Shown piece by piece: positions 1-12,627 of a stretch of 60,113 nt of DNA. This stretch comes from Chara braunii. Lineage: Eukaryota > Plantae > Charophyceae. The stretch lies in the NCBI GenBank assembly GCA_003427395.1, contig BFEA01000027.1:4406882-4466994 (forward strand), in the 5' to 3' direction. The position numbers and the translations under genes were made by a program. The stretch's first letter is position 1, and each line of letters starts with the position of its first letter. A model generated the notes under the pieces. That model was not told the DNA's origin. It made no database searches and saw only the letters and a program-made list of their open reading frames with translations.

Positions 1-68
<68 letters not shown>
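1..68. repeat. (TG)n microsatellite
   Basis: Pure TG dinucleotide run. Confidence 0.98.
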
Positions 69-70
<2 letters not shown>

Positions 71-403
71 CAACCACCACAAAGCTTGACAAAAGAAAGG
101 GGGGGAAAAAAAACTTGAGAAGCAAAGCATACAAAAGCAAAGCTGTTGCAGTTGCTGCCACACTCCTGTCATCTTTGTTTTCCTACACACAGTACACTTC
201 TTACAATAGACAAAAGATGCTATCTCAACCTTGCATGTGTGTGCATGAGGGCGTGCAGAGCAATCCCTTCTCCACCAAGATGAGTAGAGCCAAAATTGAA
301 ACAGCCTTACCTTATGATCTTCTGTCAAGTTATATAAATTTTTAAACTTACATGTGATATTTTTTAAATACCAGTCATTTCGTTGAAATGTTCATGTTTT
401 CTT

Positions 404-585
404 GAACGAAATAGAAAACCGACTTATTTGGCCTAAAAAAATGTCAATTTTTTAGCTCCTGAGGGTCTGGCGTTCTGAAAACACAGCAACCCCTGGACGT
501 ATCTGGGACTTCTCTAAGTGCAGATTCAGAGGAGCTAAAAAATTGACATTTTTTGGGCTAAAATAAGTCGGTTTCCATTTCGTTC
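404..585. repeat. Long imperfect inverted repeat (~58-bp arms); MITE-like or foldback
   Basis: gaacgaaatagaaaaccgacttatttggcctaaaaaaatgtcaattttttagctcct pairs with aggagctaaaaaattgacattttttgggctaaaataagtcggtttccatttcgttc. Confidence 0.8.
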
Positions 586-718
586 TACAACATACAAAAT
601 GTCAAAATGCCCATTTTAACGAAACGGCACTTGCATAGTTATTTGATTGTAATTTGTAATGTTGTGAACTTTTTGATAATTGTAAATTAATGTCTTCGAC
701 ACTCTTTGTTGAAAAACT

Positions 719-1000
719 TTATCTTCCTGGTGTTCCCCTACTCACTTCAGGCGGTGGCAGGATGAAAGGCATGTTATGATGTCTTGCATCCCAGCATTTG
801 TCACAAACGCGAGATAAGCGATCACCATCTCCACACCTGAAACATACCTTTTCAACCATTGGGTTCACGCTCGGGATAGGTCGTCCACCTGCCCCGCTCA
901 ACCATCCTTCCCCGCTCGACCCTCCTTCTCTGCTCAATCTTCCTTCCCCGCTCAATCCTCCAGAGCTCCCGAGCTGCTTCCCTGGCTCATCTTTATTCAC
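719..1000 (-). pseudogene. Degenerate zinc-knuckle (gag/ORF1-like) retroelement remnant
   Basis: CFRCGDGDRLSRVC resembles CX2CX4HX4C with H replaced by R, after G/S/R-rich repeats. No RT adjacent. Confidence 0.35.
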
Positions 1001-1061
1001 CCCTTACTGTCCAAGCCACTCTCCTCACTTTATCCTGTGATGTCAACTCCAATCACTCCTA

Positions 1062-1166
1062 CGGTCTTCACCCGAATAGAACGCCCAGTCATTATCGCCG
1101 CATCTGGACTGAAAGTTGGGGCAAATGCAGCTATAATGACCGGGCGTTCTATTCGGGTGAAGACGG
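1062..1166. mobile_element. 105-bp MITE with TA TSD (Tc1/mariner-pogo-like)
   Basis: TA|cggtcttcacccgaatagaacgcccagtcattat ... ataatgaccgggcgttctattcgggtgaagacgg|TA. A related copy lies at 51581-51677. Confidence 0.8.
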
Positions 1167-1549
1167 TAGTGTCAACTGCACTCCACTCTTCAACCCCATC
1201 GTCCGTGCCAGTGGGTGCCACCACCCGCTCCAAGTCCAATCTCCTACATTCTTCATCCGAATACAACGAAAGGGATTCGCATTAGTTGTTCAGGTCGAAA
1301 CAATGGTGCAAAGATTGCTGAGACTGAATGCAGAAAATATCTACGTTCTTCTCTTCTCTTCTCTATAGTACTAAAGGAAATAGCGGTCCTCGCATGGGGC
1401 CCAACAGAAACCGGGTGGCGCCGTGTGGGACCGCTCCTGCGCAGGCCACTGGAAACAGCAACAACTATGACAGCTACATCAACGGGGCAGGGGAAACCAA
1501 CGGGCGGATGCGGCCCGGCCTCTTGGGGGAGCGGTGTTTTTTTTTTCCT

Positions 1550-2050
1550 GGGTCGTCCCTCACTCGAATAGAGCTCACGCACGGTGGGGGAGCGTTTCTT
1601 TTTTTTTCCCGGGTCGTTAGTATGGTCTCCACTCTATGAATTGGTGGCAAGGTTGATTAAAATGACCCTTTGTTTTTTCTTATAAATGGCATGGCAAGTG
1701 GTCTGAAAGTTAGGGTCTCCGTTAAATGGTTAACGGTGACCCCCAGTTTCAGGCCCTGGGTAACGAGTCCAAAACTGAAATTAGGGTTTCGAGGCCACGT
1801 TTTATGTTTTTTTTATTTATTTGTTTTGGCCTTGCTGTTTTATATGTTTTTTTAATTTTTATTATATTTTTTTGGATTTTCTCTTGCAGTTAGTTAGTAT
1901 GGTCTCCCCTCTATGAATTGGTAGCAAGTTCGATTAAAACGACCCTTTGGTATTCTTATAAATGGCATGGCAAGTGGTCTGAAGATTAGGGTCTCCGTTA
2001 ACCTTCTATCGGGTCATCCCGCGCTCGAACTGAGCTCACGCGAGGTGGAG
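1550..2050. repeat. Local direct duplications (1616-1725 vs 1893-2000; 1550-1590 vs 2011-2050)
   Basis: gttagtatggtctcc..ctatgaattgg...tataaatggcatggcaagtggtctgaa..ttagggtctccgttaa occurs twice. Confidence 0.8.
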
Positions 2051-2193
2051 GTTCCTTTTTTTCAGCTCGCATTTTCAGCTCGCAGGGCGGTATCCTTGAG
2101 GTGAACGTGGAGAGAAGCGGTGGGGAGCGCGTCGGAACGGAAAAGTGAGGTGCAGCAAGGCAGGGGGCCAGGCCGATGCTGCCTCTTCACGCT

Positions 2194-2246
<53 letters not shown>

Positions 2247-4954
2247 NNNNNNNNNNNNNNNNNNNNNNNNNNNNNNNNNNNNNNNNNNNNNNNNNNNNNN
2301 NNNNNNNNNNNNNNNNNNNNNNNNNNNNNNNNNNNNNNNNNNNNNNNNNNNNNNNNNNNNNNNNNNNNNNNNNNNNNNNNNNNNNNNNNNNNNNNNNNNN
2401 NNNNNNNNNNNNNNNNNNNNNNNNNNNNNNNNNNNNNNNNNNNNNNNNNNNNNNNNNNNNNNNNNNNNNNNNNNNNNNNNNNNNNNNNNNNNNNNNNNNN
2501 NNNNNNNNNNNNNNNNNNNNNNNNNNNNNNNNNNNNNNNNNNNNNNNNNNNNNNNNNNNNNNNNNNNNNNNNNNNNNNNNNNNNNNNNNNNNNNNNNNNN
2601 NNNNNNNNNNNNNNNNNNNNNNNNNNNNNNNNNNNNAGGATGGAGAGGAAGAGGATGATGGCGACTAATGAAGGACCGGAGGGATGGGGAGACGGGGAGG
2701 AGGGAGGACATGAGAGAGAGATCCTTGACCGGACATGAGAGAGAGATCCTTGACCCTGTCCACTCCCGATGATCACGTCCGTGATGAGGGCAACGAATGT
2801 TCGCAGTTGCGGGAGAGTCGTGTGCGGGTTCTGCATGCAACCGCAAACGTCGCGGGAGGCAGTCCGCATGGTAGTCTGCATGTCAGCGCATCCAAGCGCG
2901 CAGAATCTTTGATGGTGACATCAAGTGCAAGCAAGCGCGTGGGATGTTCCATGGCAATAGTAAGCGCACACGCCCTAACAATGATTACAACTGCTGTTAG
3001 GGGCTGTGTCACTATGTGCGATGGTTCGCTTGCAATTGACATGGGGGAGGATAAGGAGAGAAATGGGAGGGCGTACTCTCACTGGGCCGTCAATCAACCA
3101 TGAGCGAGAGAGAGAGAAAAGGGAGGAAGGACGGATAAGGAGCGGGAAGGGGAAGGAAGGAAGGAAGGAACAATCAACCCATAGTTGCACGACGCGGGCT
3201 CCAGATTTTTGTGGCGCAGCGCTACTGGGAGCGCTGCGCCCGCCCGGACTGGGACTGCCTGGCTGATGTGGGGCGCTTTCGCACGCTGGTACAGGCGGCG
3301 GGCAAAGGGGCGGTGGGACGACGCTGGAGGAGTGGCGTGGTGGCAGGCGATGGCGTGAAGAAAGGTACACCTCCATAGTCGGCTCCGTGTTGCGTGAAGG
3401 TTGGCGGGGAGAGGGCCGACCGACTACAGAAGGTGGGAAGGGTAGGTGTTATGAGGAAGGAAGACTGCTGCTGCGGAATGAGGAGGGAGGCTGCTGCAGC
3501 GAATCATCGGTCTTCGTTTTCTTCTCCAGCTGTGATCCATGTTGCCACCATGAGGATTGAGCCTAACGATCCGCTCGACTTGTGTCCACCTAATGTATCG
3601 CCCAGAAGGTAAGCCTACCTAAATAAGCTATGGTTGTGTGGATGAGGCGACGTGGCGGGCAAAACCCTTCCCTCTTCCTCAACCGTATGGTAAGTGTATA
3701 GCTAGGGTGTTTTTGAACCCCCTGTGGCGACTCGTCAATAGGTTTGGCGAGGGGGTGCCACACTGTTTTCGATTTCTGGTAGGAATTGAAGATGGCCGTT
3801 CATGTCTTTGGTGTTAGTTCTGCCTTGAGCCTAGAAGCTAGCAGAGGGAGGAGGGGAGTTTTTCCTTCCCCAAAGACGCAGGGGTAGGGTTTGAGGGGTG
3901 GGAGGTAAGTGGTGGGTTGAGGAAGAAGGGATAGGAGGCTGTTTTGTTGATTTGGAATTTAACCCATGCGTGGCTTGGCTGTTTTATAATTTGAAATCCA
4001 CTAATACCCTCATAACCAAACCTTTTTTATCCTTCCACTGATAATAACTTGTGAGTTTAATTCATGATTTTCGACTGTCCTTTTTTTCTTTAAGCCATTT
4101 GACTGGTATGATTTGTATTTGTTTCACTTGTTTTCGTTTGATGATCAACATGTTTTTGCTGATCATTTTTTCGAGAGTTTTTCGATAGTATTTTTTTCTT
4201 GATAATTCCTGAATATCGCTCGCAGTGATTTTTCGTGAAATTCCTATTCAAGAGTATGTTCTCTGCCACATAGCTTCTTCCTTTAATAATGATCTTAACT
4301 ACGATCATGACTAATTTCCTGATTTTAGATATTCGTGAGTCCAATATTGGACATCTTAGATAAATTTCTTAAATCTTGTCTTTAAATTTTAACTTCCAAA
4401 AGTTGTTTCAGAGAGATTTCCTAAATTCCGTTTCTGATTTTCAATTTCTAAAAGTATGCTTTCGAAGTTTTTTTCTATTTGAGAAAACCTATGTCTGCAA
4501 ATCTTAACCTCATGGTTTTGATTACTGTTGCGGTAAACTCTGATTTGGATTGGTTTTTCTGTTAAATGGTGTTTCAAAGCTTGCCTGGGTCTTTGTACGA
4601 TATATTTGCGGTTTGCTTTGTGTATCTGTGGGGTTTTTCTTTAGGGTTGGAGCCCCTCGCCGTGGGGGTTTCACAAGGTGGGAGGTATTATCCTTGGAGG
4701 GGGGAGGCGGTATTGAGGGATTGTCTTTTTCTGGGCCAGATTGATTTAGGGTCGGATCAGCACTGGAGGTTGGGGAGAAAAGGCAAGGGGGTGGCTGCTT
4801 ATAGCAGGGTGTGAGGATCCTGCTTTTTGAGGGAAAGGAGTAACTTCGATGATCACACAGCGAGCCTATATGTGTTGTAGAGTCCCGGGCGGTCCTGCTA
4901 TCTCAAAAAAGGAGGGAAAAGGGGGGAAGCCAGAATTGGAGGCTGGAAGGTAGT

Positions 4955-5072
4955 AAGGGGGTTCTCAACAGAGGAAGGTTGTTTGTTAAGGTAAAGGGGT
5001 TTCTCAACAGAGGAAGGTTGTTTGTTAAGGTAAAGGGGTTTCTCAACAGAGGAAGGTTGTTTGTTAAGGTAA
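4955..5072. repeat. 39-bp tandem repeat, 3 copies
   Basis: Unit aaggggtttctcaacagaggaaggttgtttgttaaggta. Confidence 0.92.
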
Positions 5073-7074
5073 GTAGGTTAGAAGGACGATGTTGGGACGA
5101 CACAGGCCGGTGCTGGAGCTTTTGCTCTGTGACCTAGGGGGAGCTTGAGGCCTATGGAGTTATGCCGAGGGTGGAAGGCAAAACCAGACCGTTCGACGTA
5201 GCCAGCGCCAGGGTATTGACCCTGTAACCTGTTTAGGGGCTTGCCGCTAAGGGAACTGTCGAGGGAGGAAGGCATTTCCTGTCCGTCAGAACTAGGTTGG
5301 TCGGTACTGGGGAGGGTTGTGGTGCCCTGTTACCCTAGCAGAAGGGGGTATGAGATCAAGTGAGTTCTGGTACGAGGACTGAAAGCCTGAACCGACGTTC
5401 CGTCTGTTGAGGGGGGGAGTTTAGGAAAGTCGGCAGTTTCGACCCCTCACTCTCCTTTTTTTCCTAGCTTTTCCGTTTTTTTTCAATTTTACTTGATCTC
5501 ATGAGGAAAGTAAAAAAAGGGTTGCCCTTGGTGGTCATAAGAATGTTTTACGACTCTGGGGACTCCTAGCAACCCGTCTTCGGTGTTTTTCGACGCTTTT
5601 ATACTCAGTGATTGTGGTTGTCCGATGCCAGAACGACGCTGGACGGTGCCGGGGTGTCGCCTTGTAACCTGTTGATGCAAGGGCATGAGGCCTGGTAACC
5701 TGCTGATGCAGGAGCATGAGGCCTGGTAGAGAGATTTGGTGATGCTTTGGCGTGGGCATTCCACAGGACAACCAAGGGTTGCTGCTGGGACGACGCTGGC
5801 CGGAGCTGGGGTGAGTCGTGTTGCCCTGTAACCCAGCAGGATGTGGGGGTGTGAGGCCTGGAAGAGCTCGGCAGGGAGTTAGACAGTGTTGGAGAGCCTT
5901 GGAAGGGTTAGTTAGGGATTTCAAGGTTTTGAGCATTTGTAGGACCACTGCGGTCTATTCTCGTGCTTTCTTAATTATCACAAGTATTCTCAGACATTTT
6001 CTTAGCCAAAGTCGGGTAATCGCCCCGGTATCCCAAAAAGGGAGTGAGAGAGGAGATGGTGGGATATCACGCGTCCTACTCGGATGGGAATAGGGTACAG
6101 CAGCAGCGAAGATGGTGGCTCTGCTGCAGTCCGTCTTGCCGGAGTGGGGTATAGGGGATCGATTGGTATCTGAGTTGTTTTTTGAATTGAGCATATGTTT
6201 TTGTTTCTTAGCAAAAAAAAAAAAAGAGAATGCCTTAGGATTCTGGGGACATCTAGCAACTCGCTTTTAGGCTGTTTAATACTGGTACATTCATGGATCT
6301 GCGGTTGTTCGAAGCCAGAACGACGCTGACAGGTGTTGGGGTGTTGCCCTGTAACCTGCTGATTGCAGGAGCGTGAGGTCTGGTAGAGATCTGGAAATGC
6401 TTTGGGAGGGCATTCCAAGGGACAACCAAGGGTTGTTGTGGGGACGACGCTGGTCGGAGCTGGGGCGAGTCGTGTTGCTCTGTAACCTAGCCGGGTGGGG
6501 GTGTGAGGCCTGGGAGAGCTCGACAGGGAAGAAGGCAACGTTGTACAGTTTTAGAGAGTTTTGTTTGGGAGTCTAGGGGTTCTAAGCATTTGAAAAGAGG
6601 TCAATAGTCATTCATAGTTTTTCAACCTCTCCTTTAATTCTCTTGAGTCTCTTCAATAGTTCTCAGATTGATTCTCAGTCGAAGCCGGGTAATGGCCCCG
6701 GTATCCAAAATGACTTGTGTAACTCTATATGGGACGCTGGGCCCGGTTCCCAGCACGTGCTGCTCCCCACGAATAGATTGCAGCTTTTGTCCCAAAAAAA
6801 AAAAAAAAAAAAGTGACGTAGAGGAAGAGGAAGAATACGGAGGATGAAGGGATGACACTGGCGAGAATGGTAGAGCAGGAGGTCCGAGGATACAGGGATT
6901 GTGACGATCGTCATGATGTTCCGAGGATGCAGAGATGATGTGGGCGAGACTGACAAAGGGAAGAGAAGGGGAGTAAGAAAATCATGCCCGCGGTTGACGA
7001 TCATGGCGATGAACAGTATAGTAATGATAATGGTCATGATGGCGATTCGATTCAGGTCCGCATACTTCCACCCA

Positions 7075-7340
7075 CGACCCCAAAAACCGCCGCCCCTGGG
7101 CCCGCACCCGCCCGAAACCGTTCACACTGGCACCAAACCGCTCCACATACTTCCACCCGCCGCCCGACGAAACGCTGCCCCTCAGCCCGCACCCGCCCAT
7201 AACCGCTCCCCGCACTTCCGGCCACGGCCGCCGAACTAAACACCGCCCCTGGGCCCACCGACAATCGTCCCTCACCCGGGAGCAGTGTCTCACGTGGGAC
7301 CGTCACGCGAGACCCGCTCCTTCCTTTATAGTATTAGAGA
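7075..7340 (-). mobile_element. Helitron-like 5' terminus with GC-rich internal repeats
   Basis: Minus strand reads A|TCTCTAATACTATAAAGG, typical of a Helitron TC start. No CTRR 3' end found. Confidence 0.35.
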
Positions 7341-8214
7341 TATTGCTCTTTCACTGGAACATGAATCAGTCGATGGATGGATGAATGAATGAACGGAGAG
7401 CAATATGTTTTCCCAGTTCGTATCTTGCTTTCCGTCCATGCCTTCGGATGCGTTGTTGTTGATGTCTTTCTAAGTTTCTATTCATTTTGCTTCCAGTTTG
7501 TCCATTTTCTTCCCCGTGGCGTTTTGACCATACATCGAACAACATACTCTGCCGCTGCGGCATTCACCCTTGGCTGCATCTACGCCCCGGCCTGCAGGTC
7601 TGCAACGGCAACATTATACGACGATCTCCTGCCTCTCCTTCCCCCCCCCCCCACTTCGGCCGCAGCGTAGCTCCGACGGGTCCACTTGTTATAACTTGAT
7701 TTGACATATGGTTGGGCGAGCGGCCATACTCTTTTGTGGTTTCCTGCTGATCGAACGTTGCTAGATGTTTCTATTTTCACAGCAATTTGCTTCTGGTACT
7801 GTATTTAGAAAGAAAGATACCCCAAATACAGCTATGATGACCCATTACTACTATATTTAGACAGAACGATACCCCAAATACAACTATAATGACCGTTTGT
7901 TGTATTCAGGTGAAGAAGGTAGCGGGTTACAAAACTTGTTGCTGAAGGCATTGAAGTCAAAAGATACGAACATGACACACACAAAGCACGAAGCACGTCC
8001 TATATACTGCAAACAAACATACAAAGCACAAAGCAAGTCCTAAATACTGCAAACAAACAAACTGTTGTCGAAAAGAAACATCACTTGTAACTGAAGCTTG
8101 AAGCAATGTCCATTAACAACACTACTCATGTGGCGCGATTGGTGGTCATTGTGCTCTGGCACACGAGTAGAGTTGTTCATGAATGTTGCTACAGGCTGTA
8201 CTCAATGACTTATC

Positions 8215-8770
8215 TTTTTTTTTTGTTTTTCTGGAAAAGCCCTTTCCCAAGTCCACTATCCTGGTGGCGGTAAGAGAGCCGTCGGGATTGAGGACTTGGC
8301 CAGTGGGCTGCTCCATCTATTGGTGGGGAGTGTCACCTGCTCCTTAGAACAACTTTACAATACTGTGAAGTGGGGCTTTGGCCATTAATCATCTTGTGTT
8401 GGCGGTACTATATCCCTTGGGGGCTGCAAGTGATGCCCTTCCATACTCCTCAAGTGTCGACCTAGCCCTGTGCCTGGAAATGACAAACCCTTGACCCAGT
8501 TGTGCATGACCAATTTCCTTTTTAAACCCGGTGCGCGCGTCAATCCAGGAGCCTACAGCCTACCCGTAAACCATTTGCAGAGTCAACTTAGAGCTTTAAA
8601 GGTGGAAATGCCTCTTCAGCCTATACTGAGACCGCCTGAAGTAAGCGTGTATTTGTTGGCACCTCCCTTTTCCCACTGCCCACGTGTTGAACCGCACCGA
8701 GATAGGTCTTGTGACCCAATAGCCGATGAAGCGTTCAAAAGGCAATGAGCCCGTCCACGCCTTCTCATGT
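8215..8770 (-). mobile_element. 3' end of an L1-like LINE (poly-A on minus strand)
   Basis: Poly-T at ~8215-8230. 8231-8297 matches the reverse complement of 35823-35891, which precedes a poly-A. 8311-8341 matches 43573-43603, which follows another poly-T. Confidence 0.6.
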
Positions 8771-10135
8771 CACACCACCTGCTACCTCAGAGGTTGCCTT
8801 TGCCTGAGCTGAGCAAGGGCCCCTTCGGGCCTAGTCATGCCCTGGCTGGTGATATCATGTATAACACTTGCCCCAGTCGATGCCATTCGTCCTTCGTGAA
8901 ACCAAGGTTTCCTCCATCTCTCTCGCCGTCTTGGTAGTACTCTGTTACCCTGTCGCATTCCCACTCTCACGTCATTTCTTGGCTTCCAAGTCGACTTTAG
9001 ACCGGAGGTGCTGCCGCTGGAATTGGCCGGATGGAGAGGGAAGGCGGGACTGTCCCAAGTTGGGGCTGTTATGGCTGCCTCTCGGTAATCCATCTCGGCA
9101 GAGGCAGCTTCGGGGCAGGGTGGAAAGGAGGGGAGGGGGAGATTAACCGTAGGTGTAACATCATCATCATCCATGTTATATCATGCATCCTGGTTTTCTG
9201 AAATGCTGGGCGGCATCTGGCCTACTTCCTCATTNAGGATATAGATTTCNAAGATGATNGAATNAGCACCGATATCTGCAGAGTTGCCTTGTTCTGTGCC
9301 CNTGGTTCGTCNATGCCAGAACGACGCTGGCCGGAGCTGGGGCGTTGCCCTGTAACCTGCATTGGNAGGGGTATGAGGCCTTGTAGAGAGATCTGGGGTT
9401 TTGCTGAGGGAGGAAGGCAATCCAAGTGACGAACCGGGGGGGCTGCCTTGACGACCTATGGGGCTAGGAATAGTCTAGGTGGCGAGAACAGGTCTAGCTG
9501 ACATTGGTTAGGAGGGCATAGTCTCTGAGATGTAAGGTCATGGCATCGGGAGGGCTAGGAGGTGCTCTAGGAGTAGGAGGCCAGTGGTGTTGATATAGCA
9601 TAGTCTTCTAATTTTTTACCATAATCATCATCAGCATAATCATCTTCATCAACATCATCATCATCATTAGTATCATTATCTCATCATTGTTATATTAAGC
9701 TTTCTGGTGTTCTGGATTTTTTGGACAGCATCTAGTTTTCTTCCACATCCGGGATATAGGATTTCTGAGATGGTCGAACCCGGACCGATATCTGCAGAGT
9801 TGTTCTTTTTTGTGCCCCTGTTGTGCCGACGCCAGAACGACGCTGGCCGGAGTTGGGGCGTTGCCCTGTAACCTGCAAAGGCAGGAGCGTGAGGCCTTGT
9901 AGAGAGGTCTGGGGGTTGCCGATGGAGGAAGGCAATCCACTGGCGAATCGGGGGGTGTTGCTCGATGGCGAGGAGAGATCAGCTATGGGTGACATTGGTT
10001 AGGTTGGTTTTGTCTCGGATTTACAATGTCCTGGTACAGGAGGGCTAGAAGTTGCTCTCGAATTAGGAGACTAGAATTGTTGATATAGCATAGCTTACTA
10101 CATTTATCACCATCAGTATCATCATCATTAGTACT

Positions 10136-10170
<35 letters not shown>

Positions 10171-10529
10171 TGTAGCGGACCTTTGGTTGGTCTGTAAGAC
10201 CAGCCCCTTGGCCTGTTCTCACAGGCCTGTGTTGTAATCGGGGCAGTCCAGTCCAGGCCGGTACCTCTGACGGTACCAGCCAGTCCAGTCCAGTCCCGTC
10301 AGTCCGCTGGGGTATACCCCAGCAGTTGTCTATTTTCTGTCTCATTCTGCATTCGCACAGTTTGGAGTACGTGCGTTGGAGTCTGGCGTGGGAGCTGCGT
10401 TGTGCCATCTCGCTCCCTATCTTCCTCCATCTCCATCTCTATCCCTGGCGGAGCACCACACCTGGTGGGTCCGCCACATTGGTATCGGAGTGGGAACGTT
10501 CCCTGCTCCCACCCACCACCCCGTACAGC

Positions 10530-10915
10530 CGGGAAAACAACAAAACCCGACAGGCGGTTTTTGGCTGTTTTCAGGCCGTTTTTCGCGAAAATCGAGGGAA
10601 AAACGAAGCTGCAGCAGGAAGTGACACGTGGCGAAAAAAACACGTGATTTCACGAAAATCGAGGGAAAAACGAACCTGATAATGGATCTGTAAAGGTTAA
10701 CGGTGTACCTTTTGCATAATGGGTCAGCGAGTAAATTGATACAGCAAGCTTAAACCCTTAGGTGTAGGCGTAATGAAATTATAGATAGTTGCAGCAGGAA
10801 GTGACACGTCGCGAAAAAAACACGTGTCATCACGAGCGCGTGCGCGCAAGCACCAAAACCAAGGCCCCCCCGCCCCGCCTCGCCCCGCTCCACTCCCGAA
10901 TTTATATTATCAAGA
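10530..10915 (-). mobile_element. Helitron-like fragment with 67-bp tandem units
   Basis: Minus strand reads A|TCTTGATAATATAAATT at 10915. The unit cgaaaatcgagggaaaaacgaa.ctgcagcaggaagtgacacgtggcgaaaaaaacacgtg is duplicated. Confidence 0.35.
10675..10787 (+). pseudogene. rrn26: Organellar (probably mitochondrial) LSU rRNA fragment, NUMT
   Basis: cggtgtaccttttgcataatgggtcagcgag...agcaagcttaaacccttaggtgtaggcg matches the conserved 23S/26S segment GUACCUUUUGYAUAAUGGGUCAGCG. The ttaggtgtaggcg part is of alphaproteobacterial/mitochondrial type. Confidence 0.8.
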
Positions 10916-11075
10916 TCTGGGAGCTTGCTGCCACTAGGGTTTGAACCCAGGCACCTGTTGGGCTATGCGCGTGCATAGCCACTCTCATAACACACCCGCC
11001 ACAATGCATTCATGGCTTTGTAGTATGGCACACTCATGTTGAAGAGGTGCCGTGCTGGCTATTTACTCTCCCCCC

Positions 11076-11111
<36 letters not shown>

Positions 11112-11959
11112 CCGGCGAGCAACGAGCAAGAGAGCAGCGACGACGGGGCTGCTATTTGCCCCCCTCCCCCTCCCCCCGTGGTTGTTACTGCCTACGCACG
11201 TGGCCATCCACAGTGCCACGTGGTGGCTTGCTGTTGAACTGAAGACCCCCCTGCTAAGGGGGCTGCTCTACTGTGGTGAGGGTCTGCTCACGTAGCATAC
11301 CCTGAATCTGTTGGTAGGGGCTGATCAAGATCTCAACCCCCTTCCTCCTCCAGCTGGCTGCTGCAGTGAAGGCCAAGACCCTCCTGGTCTTGGTATACCT
11401 TGTGCCCTTGGAGACACCAAGGGCAAGGTATCCTCTCTCTCTCCCCTCTTTCTACTAACCCACCTTCCCTACCTCTCCTCTCTCCTCTTACTCACCCCTT
11501 CTCTTTCCCCCTGCCTCTTTTTCCTCCTCTTTTTACCTTCCTTTTCTCCCACCGCCCACTCTTTCACTCTCTTTTCTTCATTTATTTTCTTTTATTTCCT
11601 CCTTTTTTTCTCTTTGCTTCTTTATCCCTCTCTCTCCCATTCTCTCATCCTCCTCTCCCCCAACCACCACCACATCATCCCTCTACCTCCCACTTCCATC
11701 TTTTTTCCTCTCCCACCTATTTCTCTCTTTTCTCCTTCACTTGTCATTCCCTTCCCCCCCTAATTTGAAATTTTTCTGTTTCTCGTCTTTCTATCTTTCT
11801 TTTGATTTATCTTTTCTCTTTTTTCCAAAAATTTTGAATTATCTTATCCCCCACCCTCTTTTCTGATTTTCTGATTTATTTCATTTTCATTTCTTTATTC
11901 TGAAAATTCGATTTTCTTTGCGGCAACCTTAAATCTGATTAGGTGTTAGTCTTTCTTGC

Positions 11960-12277
11960 TTTCGGCACACGTTTTGACCCCGTGGGGGTAACGAAGTGCT
12001 GCTGAAATTTTCTGTTTTCTCTTTCACTTAGTCTTCTCGGCACACTTCGACCCCATGGGGGTCACAAAATGCTGCCGAAATTTTTGAAAAATCAGATACT
12101 TCATTTCTCTCCACCTCCTCATCCACTTATGTATTTATTTATTTATTTATGATTTTTTTATTTATTTTATGAAATTTCTTATTTGCGGCATCTTGAAACC
12201 TAGTGTGCTTACCTTGGTCTCTCCTTTCCCCTTGGCACATTCTCAACCCCATGGGGGGTAGGGAAATGCTGCCGAAA
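11960..12277 (+). promoter_or_regulatory. Three related stem-loops in the Gypsy 5' leader
   Basis: Copies at 11960-12007, 12036-12080 and 12232-12277: tYggcaca...accccRtggggg...tgctgcYgaaa. Confidence 0.6.
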
Positions 12278-12627
12278 ATCCTAAAAAAATAAATATTATT
12301 TCTCTCTTCATATTTTACTTCCTTTTTTTTCTTCTTTTTTTTTTCTCCTTTTTTTTTTTTTCCTCTCAAAATCTCGCTGTTTATTTATTTTTCTCCCGCC
12401 TTCCCCCCCCCCTATGCTTGCTATTTTATTTTCTTGATTAGGTCATCGGTACCCTACCCTAACCACTAAAACTCCGGTTAGGGTTTTTCTAGGGTTCAGG
12501 GTTCTTCAACCCCCCCCCTACTTCCCCTTCCTATTCGGGCACCCTGGACCCGAACCACCCCTCCCCCTACGTCCTCCGCTCACGCGGACCTCCTCTGGCC
12601 CCCTCCAGTCCGGCCCGTCACCTCCCC

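Larger units (their letters stand above)
5080..10100. repeat. Dispersed multi-copy noncoding repeat module (core gccagaacgacgctgg...gccctgtaacctg)
   Basis: Core at ~5626, 6314, 9315 and 9831; sister sub-core at ~5787 and 6442; degenerate copy at ~5095-5230. Confidence 0.75.

Noticed and set aside
2075-2881. Long ORFs spanning N-gaps and microsatellites (also ~33050-33821, 44037-45830, 58247-59102)
   Set aside because: Open only because of N runs and CA/GA repeats.
9900-9960. HDV-like ribozyme suggested by GGCGAAT
   Set aside because: The P1/P3/L3 nested pseudoknot could not be built by eye.
11311-11768. Hydrophobic 150-aa ORF resembling a membrane protein
   Set aside because: It results from a C/T-rich low-complexity leader.
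11037-12600. 5' LTR and primer-binding site of the Gypsy element
   Set aside because: A TGTTG start is visible at ~11037, but there is no matching 3' LTR after 35114 and no convincing primer-binding site.
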